This document shows, in pieces, positions 1 through 6,673 of a DNA stretch of 14,378 nucleotides. The position numbers and the translations under genes are program-made. The DNA comes from a virus, in the UHGV virus genome UHGV-0315315; one strand, given 5' to 3'. The notes under the pieces were generated by a model, which made no database searches, had not been told where the DNA came from, and saw only the letters and a program-made list of their open reading frames with translations. Each line of letters opens with the position of its first letter. The stretch's first letter is position 1.

Positions 1-322
1 CTGCATGCATATATGGGTAGAAAGTATATGCAAGATGTGAGAAAAACACAGCAAGACAGGCGATACCTCTGAGACCGTCCGCATTACTATTGTGTTCTTG
101 AGCAACACTCATGAAAATTAACCTATGTTTAGAGTAATGTAGCCTAAAACGCCTAATCAAAAATAGGCGGATACCTTTGAGGCCATTCTAGCCTGAGGTT
201 AATCAAGATACCATTATGCTTTCATATCCAATCTGGCCGGAAGCGTCGCATCTGTTTCTCGCTAAGTATCAACGTAGTAAGCATCCATCAGCTCACTGAT
301 TATTCACTTTCTTAAAACTGCT
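1..322. other. Unassigned AT-rich flank beyond the point where sheath-gene homology ends (host DNA or another element)
   Basis: No ORF of 60 aa or more in any frame in the track; sheath-like translation diverges around 320-326; no recognisable tRNA or IS terminus by eye. Confidence 0.3.
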
Positions 323-577
323 AACAACAACCGTCACGGGTTTTGACTGGTCGGCAATTGCATCCAGCGAACGGGCCAGCGTGCCGGACTCGCCTGCTTT
401 ACCGCTGGCCTCCAGCACATCCGTCAGCAGAACCGGCTTATTGAGAGGGAACACGGACGCATCAGCATCATCGCCGGTGCAGACCATACCCACGATAGCA
501 GTGCTTACCGTGGTGAGGGAGCGGGTGCCGTCGTTAACTTCAACAACGCGCACCCCGTGGTGGTAATCCTGAGCCAT
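293..577 (-). pseudogene. FI: Truncated contractile tail sheath gene (P2 FI-like), N-terminal fragment only
   Basis: 94-aa ORF. N-terminus MAQDYHHGV...[10 protein letters not shown] follows the conserved N-terminus of P2-family sheath proteins (recollection, not searched). Similarity ends at about aa 85 and the frame stops 9 codons later (SSFKKVNNQ*). Full-length sheaths are several-fold longer. AGGAGG lies 6-11 nt upstream of the ATG at 577. Confidence 0.75.
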
Positions 578-653
578 AGTGGCGAACCTCCTGATTGGAT
601 TAGGCTTCGCCCTATGTTGAAGTGATTGTGCCTGACAAACAGCTAAGCGCAGT

Positions 654-671
654 TGTGTCGTTATTCACACA
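654..671 (-). promoter_or_regulatory. TGT-N12-ACA dyad, candidate Ogr/Delta-type late-promoter activator site upstream of the sheath gene (PF-like)
   Basis: tgtGTCGTTATTCACaca read directly at 654-671. Centre (~662) is ~85 nt upstream of the sheath ATG at 577, compatible with an activator site centred near -55 plus a ~30 nt leader. Confidence 0.4.
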
Positions 672-719
672 AAATAACGGTATTTGTCTGCTTGCAGGGA
701 TAATCAACATAATGCTGAT

Positions 720-1286
720 TCAGGGGGATTCATTGATCTTATTTGCCGGAAATTTTCTATAAATGGTAGAAACGCCTACATCAAAAATCAGTGCAATACG
801 CTGTCTTGATTCTCCGGCCTCGAGTAAACGCCCAATCTGTGCCCACTGTTCGGTGGTCAACTTAGGACGGCGTCCACCTACTCTGCCTTTGGCACGAGCT
901 GCAGCCAGCCCTGCCCTGGTACGTTCAACTATCAGTTCGCGTTCCATTTCAGCCAGGGCACCCATGACATGAAAAAAGAAACGGCCCATTGGGGTACTGG
1001 TATCAATACTGTCAGTCAGGCTTCTGAAATTCACACCACGCTGGCGCAACTCTTCTATCAGCGTAACAAGATGCCGCATACTGCGCCCCAACCTGTCCAG
1101 CTTCCAGACAACCAGCGTGTCTCCTGCCGATAGTGTCCTGAGTAGTTTTTTCAGCCCCGGTCTGTCGGACTTAGTGCCACTGATTTTGTCCTCAAAAATC
1201 CGCTCACATCCCGCGCAGTTCAGTGCATTACGTTGCAAATCGGTGTTCTGGTCATTTGTTGACACGCGTACATAGCCAATAAGCAT
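720..1286 (-). CDS. Serine DNA invertase (Gin/Pin/Cin/Hin family)
   Basis: Track ORF 720..1292 begins at a TTG; the first ATG is at 1286 (MLIGYVRVSTNDQ...). Catalytic-serine motif GYVRVSTNDQ of resolvase/invertase recombinases and a C-terminal HTH-like tail (GVSTIYRKF). Near-colinear with remembered Pin/Gin sequences. Confidence 0.9.
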   Translation of the reverse strand: MLIGYVRVSTNDQNTDLQRNALNCAGCERIFEDKISGTKSDRPGLKKLLRTLSAGDTLVVWKLDRLGRSMRHLVTLIEELRQRGVNFRSLTDSIDTSTPMGRFFFHVMGALAEMERELIVERTRAGLAAARAKGRVGGRRPKLTTEQWAQIGRLLEAGESRQRIALIFDVGVSTIYRKFPANKINESP

Positions 1287-1341
1287 GATCAATCCCCTGA
1301 ATAAAAACCGGGGATGATGCCAGTTAGCCGTTATCTCTGCA

Positions 1342-1367
1342 TTTTCATAAACGTTGGTTTTGGAGAA
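1342..1367. repeat. Left crossover site of the invertible segment (hix/gix-like 26-bp site)
   Basis: TTTTCATAAACG-TT-GGTTTTGGAGAA. Its reverse complement matches the site at 3088-3113 at 21 of 26 positions (hand alignment). Half-site resembles the TTATCAAAAACC-type consensus of Hin/Gin sites. Flanking similarity continues to about 1377. Confidence 0.7.
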
Positions 1368-1649
1368 GGTGCTAACTGGGTTATGTTACCTGGAGGAATG
1401 ATAATTCAGCGTGTTTATCTTGGATTTCCTATTGGCACCAATGCAAGACACATAACTTTCCCCCGGTCGTTTACAACAACGAACTATTCCATCTCAATTA
1501 ACTGGAATGATATCGGTACTGTAACAACTGAAACACAATCACCAGCAAATGTGGCGGTTGTTCATCAAACAAAATCATTAACAGGGGCCAGCATCTGGCA
1601 GGCAGGTCCCGGGGGATTTAATGTGGACATTATAGCGGTGGGGTATTGA
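1368..1649 (+). CDS. Alternative tail fibre C-terminal cassette (Hv'), silent in this orientation; no start of its own
   Basis: Reading frame runs through the left crossover site. The motif VGFGEGA here parallels LGLGEGA at H residues ~350-356, which overlaps the right crossover site. Would be joined to the constant part of H after inversion. The track Met at 1314 lies upstream of the site and is probably not used. Confidence 0.55.
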   Translation, partial: GANWVMLPGGMIIQRVYLGFPIGTNARHITFPRSFTTTNYSISINWNDIGTVTTETQSPANVAVVHQTKSLTGASIWQAGPGGFNVDIIAVGY

Positions 1650-1650
1650 T

Positions 1651-2079
1651 ATGTACGTATGGAGCGCTAAATCAAATGGCTTTTTCCCCATATCGGAGAA
1701 AGAAAAATTTGAGGCATCAGGTCTGTGGCCTGATGATGGTGTAATAGTCAGTGAGGAAGAACATAAAAAGTTATTTATGGATATTCCACCAGGAAAACAG
1801 ATTGGAACACTGAATGGAAAACCAGCACTGATAGATATTCCTCAGCCGACCAAAAAGGAATTAATAGCTATTGCTGAAGTTAAAAAATCCCAATTACGGG
1901 AAAAAGCTGACAGTGAAATATCCTGGCGTCAGGATGCTGTTGATGCTGATATCGCAACTGATGAAGAAACTTCAACTCTCACCGAATGGAAGAAATACCG
2001 TGTGCTGCTGATGCGTGTTGATACTTCAACAGCACCCGATATTGAATGGCCTACGCCTCCGGCAGTTCAGGCCAGATGA
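1651..2079 (+). CDS. Alternative tail fibre assembly chaperone (Tfa'), partner of Hv'
   Basis: 142-aa ORF starting at an ATG that overlaps the Hv' stop (TGATATG). C-terminus ...[13 protein letters not shown] parallels the C-terminus of the minus-strand chaperone (...[13 protein letters not shown]), a conserved Tfa/gpG-type tail. Confidence 0.75.
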   Translation: MYVWSAKSNGFFPISEKEKFEASGLWPDDGVIVSEEEHKKLFMDIPPGKQIGTLNGKPALIDIPQPTKKELIAIAEVKKSQLREKADSEISWRQDAVDADIATDEETSTLTEWKKYRVLLMRVDTSTAPDIEWPTPPAVQAR

Positions 2080-2644
2080 CATCCGGCGCGGTGCTGGTAT
2101 CTGTTGCCGTCACCGCGTCAATGTAATCCAGCACGGTGTTAAGTCGGGTTGTTTCTGCCTGAGTCAGTTTCCGTCCGGCCTGTAATTTCAGCTGAATCAG
2201 ACTAATGGAAGCCATTACTGCATCAATCAGTGACTGGCGCTGTGCTTCTGCTGCTTCTACTGCGGCACCGTGTTGTGCCTCAGTATCTGTCACCCATTTC
2301 TCACCATCCCATTTATCATATGGCGTTAACGGTGAAAGCGTGACATAACCGTTTTTGATGGCACCGATATAATCCACTGTAACAGCTGCGCCATTTTCTG
2401 TTGAGTAAACAGTCTCATTGCGATGGTCTTCTTCATGGCTCCATCCCTTACCCGTAAATACTGCCACTTTCCCCGGAATGTTTTCGCCCGGGTCAATACC
2501 AGTGGAACAGGCGGGCATACTTACGCCAGTATTAATATATTCATCAGACCAGCCCGTATACTCAGATGTTTCAGCATCATAATAAAAACAACGCATATCG
2601 CCCGGCACTGTGGCCAGCCCATTTTCATCAAAAACAGGTTTCAT
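2051..2644 (-). CDS. G: Tail fibre assembly protein (P2 G-like)
   Basis: 197-aa ORF. ATG overlaps the H stop (TAATG). Conserved Tfa C-terminal motif. Its 3' end overlaps the convergent Tfa' 3' end (2051-2079). Confidence 0.85.
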   Translation of the reverse strand: MKPVFDENGLATVPGDMRCFYYDAETSEYTGWSDEYINTGVSMPACSTGIDPGENIPGKVAVFTGKGWSHEEDHRNETVYSTENGAAVTVDYIGAIKNGYVTLSPLTPYDKWDGEKWVTDTEAQHGAAVEAAEAQRQSLIDAVMASISLIQLKLQAGRKLTQAETTRLNTVLDYIDAVTATDTSTAPDVIWPELPEA

Positions 2645-4149
2645 TATTTAGCCCTCACCAGAAAGTTAAATGCAATATTTCGCGGTCTGACAGCAACAAA
2701 ATTCACACCATCACCCACAGAGTTACTGGTGAAATTAAATCGTGAAAATCCTGGCTGATTTCCGGCGATGCCATCATGAAAGTTAATTGCGTGTCCCGCA
2801 CCTCCGCCTATATTCCCGGCAAACTGAGAAAAGTTTGTAGCTTCCTGCCAGCTTAATAATTCGCGACCACCGTCTGCACCTCGCCCGTCATCCCAGATAC
2901 GAATGAAATCACCGCGGGCTTCAGGTAATATCAGCGAAGGAAACACTTTCGCCAGCACAGGATAATCAGTGGCAGAGAATTTCGCGCCGTTGAACTTCAA
3001 AAACACCATACTGGACCAGCTGTCGATTACAGTATTTGGCATTGCAGCGGACGGCCAGAAGAACGGAACGCCAATAGCTGGAGCACCTTCTCCCAAACCA
3101 AGGTATGTGAGAAGACCAGCTACATCCTTTCCACTCAAATTGGTAAGCGTATTGTCCAGCGGTTGTTTACCTGCCAGCGCATTAAGCATTGTCGTGGCAA
3201 AGTTCGGATCATTCCCCAGTGCCGCCGCCAGTTCGTTCAGTGTATCCAGTGCAGCAGGTGCAGAACCCACCATTCCTGCAATCGCCGATTTCACAAAAGC
3301 CGTAGTGGCAATCTGTGTATTGTTGACCGACTGCGCCGCCGTGGGGGCTGTTGGCGTTCCGGTGAGTGCCGGACTCGACAACGGTGCTTTAAGTGCCAGC
3401 GCATTGTTAATGGTGGTACTGAAATTCGGATCATTGTTAATGGCTGCGGCTATTTCTTTCAGCGTGTCCAGCGTGGCTGGCGTACCATTAATAAGGGCCG
3501 TCAGTGCCGCCTGTACAAACGCAGTGGTCGCAACCTGCGTGGTATTATTCCCCGCCGCTGGCGTTGGCGCTTTGGGGGTTCCGGTAAATGTCGGGCTGGC
3601 TTTTGGCGCGTACTGTGAATGCGGGTCCGGTGCGGCAAGATGTTTTGCCATCTGATCATCCGCGTACACCTTCAGCTCCAGTGCCTTGTCATCCACATAC
3701 TTGCGGGTTGCCAGCACTACAGCAGGGTCGATTTTCAGGGTGATATTGTCCGTGCTGCTGGTAATCAGCACCATGCGCACGGTCTGAGTGCGCCCGCTAC
3801 CTTCAGCCAGTTGCGGCTTATAGCTTTCCGGGCAGTTGCCCACAGCAATCAATGCCCCGGACTCATCAAACAAGCCCACTTCACGTATCCACCAACCGCC
3901 CTCGTTTTCAGGGATCACCTGTTCGGCAATAATCTGGCTGCTGTTCTGCGGGTCGATATAAAGCATATTCAGCGCAGCCCGGCGTTTCTCATTTACCAGT
4001 GCCGTCTGCTTTGCGTCCGGCGTTGGCAATACTCCACCGCCATCGCCCACCGCCATATAGGTAATTTTTAGCGGCACACCGAGCGCGGCGGCGCTGGCAA
4101 GTTTCGCCGCGCCAATATCCGTCAGCAGGGTATAAAATTTTGTGCTCAT
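2644..4149 (-). CDS. H: Tail fibre protein (P2 H-like): constant N-terminal part plus currently fused variable tip
   Basis: 501-aa ORF. Repeated ...NNTQ(V/I)ATTAFV... units typical of phage tail fibre repeats. Position upstream of the chaperone gene; crossover site embedded at codons ~346-354. Confidence 0.9.
   Translation of the reverse strand: MSTKFYTLLTDIGAAKLASAAALGVPLKITYMAVGDGGGVLPTPDAKQTALVNEKRRAALNMLYIDPQNSSQIIAEQVIPENEGGWWIREVGLFDESGALIAVGNCPESYKPQLAEGSGRTQTVRMVLITSSTDNITLKIDPAVVLATRKYVDDKALELKVYADDQMAKHLAAPDPHSQYAPKASPTFTGTPKAPTPAAGNNTTQVATTAFVQAALTALINGTPATLDTLKEIAAAINNDPNFSTTINNALALKAPLSSPALTGTPTAPTAAQSVNNTQIATTAFVKSAIAGMVGSAPAALDTLNELAAALGNDPNFATTMLNALAGKQPLDNTLTNLSGKDVAGLLTYLGLGEGAPAIGVPFFWPSAAMPNTVIDSWSSMVFLKFNGAKFSATDYPVLAKVFPSLILPEARGDFIRIWDDGRGADGGRELLSWQEATNFSQFAGNIGGGAGHAINFHDGIAGNQPGFSRFNFTSNSVGDGVNFVAVRPRNIAFNFLVRAK
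3088..3113. repeat. Right crossover site of the invertible segment, inside the H coding sequence
   Basis: TTCTCCCAAACC-AA-GGTATGTGAGAA; inverted relative to 1342-1367; central AA dinucleotide as in hix-type sites. Confidence 0.7.
3157..3603. repeat. Tandem duplication (~222 bp, ~74 codons, two copies) inside the tail fibre gene
   Basis: H residues ~184-257 and ~258-331 are two diverged copies (SPTFTGTPKAPTPAAGNNTTQVATTAFV...DPNFSTTINNALALKAPL versus SPALTGTPTAPTAAQSVNNTQIATTAFV...DPNFATTMLNALAGKQPL). Corresponding DNA direct repeats are visible on the plus strand. Confidence 0.7.
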
Positions 4150-4751
4150 GGATTCACTCTCATTGTGTCAATAACATGGACCGCCCCGCCTTCATGCGCG
4201 GTGCCACCGGAAATAATCGTTTCGTTGATATACGGATAGATCGTGATTTCTTCGCCAAGATAGCTGGCGGCTCCCACCCAATGCGGGCCGCTGGTCTGCA
4301 GATTGATGGACATGCCGATCATGTGGCGGCTACATGGTTTGGCATCGCTTATCAGTCGCTCAAGTTCCAGATAGGTATCTTCAGTGATGCCCTGGTCCTG
4401 CACGCCGATATCCAGGCGAAACGTGCCCGGTGTTTCTCCGGTCTGCCACCACTCAATAATGCGGATCAGGAATCCGAACGGTTCCACCACCCGCCGCACG
4501 GCACTGGTGGTTCCTTTATGCTGATGAATATAAAAAGCATCCTTCACTACCTGGCGTTTGACGCTTTCTGTCCAGCCCTCGTCCCAGCGATCCACAGAGA
4601 ACGCCCAGGCGAGATAAGGCAGGAAGCTGACCGGACAGGTAGCCGGATTCCACAAGTCACGCAGCGGCACCTGCAAATCAGAAATCCCGCTACAGGTTTG
4701 CGCCAGTCGGCGCTCCAGTGAAGTTGAACCCGGTGGCAGCAGACTATTCAT
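4146..4751 (-). CDS. I: Baseplate assembly protein (P2 I-like)
   Basis: 201-aa ORF, ATG start, 4-nt overlap with H start; gene order J-I-H; family recalled from sequence. Confidence 0.85.
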   Translation of the reverse strand: MNSLLPPGSTSLERRLAQTCSGISDLQVPLRDLWNPATCPVSFLPYLAWAFSVDRWDEGWTESVKRQVVKDAFYIHQHKGTTSAVRRVVEPFGFLIRIIEWWQTGETPGTFRLDIGVQDQGITEDTYLELERLISDAKPCSRHMIGMSINLQTSGPHWVGAASYLGEEITIYPYINETIISGGTAHEGGAVHVIDTMRVNP

Positions 4752-5652
4752 CCGTTCCTCCGTTGGTTACGCTCCACTGCGTACATGATGCCGCCTGTGT
4801 TTTGTTCAGGACCACATCCGCCAGCGGAGAAGCCAGTTCCACACGTTGAACACCCTCAACATGCAGAGCAGCAAAGATGGCGCTACGGCGAATATCCCGA
4901 CCAAGCCTCGTCTGGCTGGCAATGTACTTCTGCAGACTGGCTTTTGCCGCTGCCATTACCGGCTCTGCTTCCGGTCCCGGATAGAGAAAAATGGTGGCAT
5001 CCACGCGATACGGGATTATTTCTGCGCTGCGAACCGTAAGACGGTCAGCCACCGGGCGGACGTTCTCACTGTTCAGAGCTTTTTCCACCACATCCAGCAG
5101 GTCTTTTTCTGCTGTTCCGTCGCCTTCGCGGCTAAGGACAGTCAGCACCACCTCTGCAGGAGCCGGACTGGTTGCACTGGCATCCGCCACCCGACCGTCG
5201 GCGCTTCGGGCATGAAATTCATAAGCTGCGGTTGGCCCCGCAACTGAAAGCCCCTCAAAGGCTGCAGGCACACGCAGGCGTAACGCTTCATCGCTTTCCA
5301 TCACAGCCGCAACGGGCGGCACAGCGTCATTATCAGCAGGCGTCACCGTCAGGCGTTTCACGTTGTAGTTGGCAGCGATCTGGTCAAGATCGCCGCCCAT
5401 CGCGTAAGCCACCATTACCGCCTGCGCGGCTTCGTTAATGCGCTGGCGCAGAAGCAACTCACGGTAAGCGTTCTCCTGCAACAATTTGGTGACGGGTTCA
5501 GATTCCAGTTCCAGCGTGCGGATCACTGCTTCCTGCTCATCTTTCGGATGAAGCGCAACAAATTCGGCCTTGCGTTCGGCAAGCAGCGTCTCAAAGTCCG
5601 GCACATCGACAATCTGCGGCGCAGGCAACTGCGAAAGGTCAATCACTGCCAT
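4744..5652 (-). CDS. J: Baseplate assembly protein (P2 J-like)
   Basis: Track ORF extends to a GTG at 5691. Preferred start is the ATG at 5652 (MAVIDLSQLPAP...) with AGGAG 7-11 nt upstream. Confidence 0.85.
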   Translation of the reverse strand: MAVIDLSQLPAPQIVDVPDFETLLAERKAEFVALHPKDEQEAVIRTLELESEPVTKLLQENAYRELLLRQRINEAAQAVMVAYAMGGDLDQIAANYNVKRLTVTPADNDAVPPVAAVMESDEALRLRVPAAFEGLSVAGPTAAYEFHARSADGRVADASATSPAPAEVVLTVLSREGDGTAEKDLLDVVEKALNSENVRPVADRLTVRSAEIIPYRVDATIFLYPGPEAEPVMAAAKASLQKYIASQTRLGRDIRRSAIFAALHVEGVQRVELASPLADVVLNKTQAASCTQWSVTNGGTDE

Positions 5653-5998
5653 TCTCTGCTCCTGTTGATACGGAAAGGGAAACAGGCACACCGTTATTAC
5701 GCCGCCCGGTCAGCCCCACCACCATTGAACCGTCAAAATTGCTTTTAATGGTGATGGAATCCAGCGTCAGCCGTGGCTCCCAGCGACTCAGCGCCACATA
5801 CACTGCCGACATGACCTGCAGGCGTAATGCCGGATTTTGTGGCTGGTCTATCAGTGCCGACAGCAGGGAACCATATTCCCGACGGGCAATGCGGCTACCC
5901 TGCGGCGTCAGCAAAATGTCCCGCACCGACTGGCGCAGATGGTCAATATCAGTAATGGCTTTACCGCTGGTATTGTTCATCCCGCTATAAAGCGTCAT
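5639..5998 (-). CDS. W: Baseplate wedge protein (P2 W-like, gp25 / lysozyme-like fold family)
   Basis: 119-aa ORF; ATG overlaps the V stop (ATGA); size and position typical. Confidence 0.85.
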   Translation of the reverse strand: MTLYSGMNNTSGKAITDIDHLRQSVRDILLTPQGSRIARREYGSLLSALIDQPQNPALRLQVMSAVYVALSRWEPRLTLDSITIKSNFDGSMVVGLTGRRNNGVPVSLSVSTGAENGSD

Positions 5999-6573
5999 AC
6001 CGGGCCTCCGGTTGTGTCGCCGCCTTTCAGGACGCCAGTATGCTGATGTGCATCAACCACAATTCCGTTAGAACTCATTGCACCGCCGCCCTGGGTAACA
6101 CCACCATTGATCACTACTTCGCTGTTAATGCGTGTGCGGTCAGCCTCCAGTACAAACTCACTGGTTTTCAGGGTGATGTTGTCGGCAGCTTCAATGACCA
6201 TGGATTTGATTCCCCTGACATACCAGCGCCCGGTAGCGGGTTCGTATTCAAACCAGCCACCGTCAGGATGTTCTGTCACACAGGCGTCCACCGACGCCGA
6301 CGGTGGTGCGAACTGATTCGAATAGACAGCGGGCAGCGCAAAGGCGGTTTCCAGATTGCCGCCCAGACTCAGCAGCACCACCTGCTCACCTTCCGATGGT
6401 CGCCACCATGTGCGGGCATTACCCGCGCGCAGCGTCAGCCAGTTAATCCAGTTGGTTTCAAGGTCGCCCGTTTTCACCCGACAAAGCCAGTGTTCCCGGT
6501 CCACTTCGGTGACTACACCAGTGCGGATCAGGTTGGTGATAAGGCGCATGATTTCGGTTAATTGTGCGTTCAT
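5995..6573 (-). CDS. V: Baseplate spike / assembly protein (P2 V-like)
   Basis: 192-aa ORF; N-terminus MNAQLTEIMRLITNLIRTG resembles remembered P2 V; first gene of the V-W-J-I-H-G block. Confidence 0.85.
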   Translation of the reverse strand: MNAQLTEIMRLITNLIRTGVVTEVDREHWLCRVKTGDLETNWINWLTLRAGNARTWWRPSEGEQVVLLSLGGNLETAFALPAVYSNQFAPPSASVDACVTEHPDGGWFEYEPATGRWYVRGIKSMVIEAADNITLKTSEFVLEADRTRINSEVVINGGVTQGGGAMSSNGIVVDAHQHTGVLKGGDTTGGPV

Positions 6574-6619
6574 AATTTAATCATGCCGAGATAAGATTGA
6601 TAAAAAAACTCTTTAGTTT

Positions 6620-6637
6620 TGTGCCAGTTATGATACA
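6620..6637. promoter_or_regulatory. TGT-N12-ACA dyad in the divergent V / ATPase intergenic region; possible late-promoter activator site (PV-like)
   Basis: tgtGCCAGTTATGATaca read directly. Located where a PV-type promoter is expected, but its centre is only ~55 nt from the V ATG, so spacing is not canonical. Confidence 0.25.
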
Positions 6638-6673
6638 AAGTGCATTTACTCATGGACTAAATAAAGGATTCCT

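Larger units (their letters stand above)
1355..3100. other. Invertible tail-fibre host-range segment (G-segment-like), present here in the orientation that fuses H to the 2644-3087 tip
   Basis: Bounded by inverted crossover sites at 1342-1367 and 3088-3113. Contains two oppositely oriented fibre-tip plus chaperone gene pairs. Invertase gene is immediately adjacent. Confidence 0.7.

Noticed and set aside
1-292. Possible tRNA, attachment site or IS terminus in the left flank (including a small hairpin cgccta-N8-taggcg at 150-169)
   Set aside because: No cloverleaf-compatible structure, terminal inverted repeat or transposase fragment could be recognised by eye. The hairpin is short and unremarkable. 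Left as unassigned.
1314-1367. Met start at 1314 for the alternative fibre-tip ORF as an independent gene
   Set aside because: The first 18 codons lie outside or on the crossover site and are unlike any fibre sequence. The cassette more plausibly has no start of its own and is expressed only when fused to H after inversion.
2969-4071. Plus-strand ORFs of 150-228 aa (2969..3655, 3163..3618, 3619..4071) inside the tail fibre gene
   Set aside because: Antisense to a well-supported minus-strand gene in GC-rich DNA. Translations are low-complexity (Ala/Gly-rich or Arg/Cys-rich) with no recognisable motifs, typical of spurious antisense frames.
4140-5438. Plus-strand ORFs 4140..4721, 4785..5039, 4846..5247, 4991..5215 and 5172..5438 overlapping baseplate genes I and J
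   Set aside because: All are antisense to the I and J frames, with Arg/Pro/Ser-rich translations and no start context. Treated as frame artefacts.
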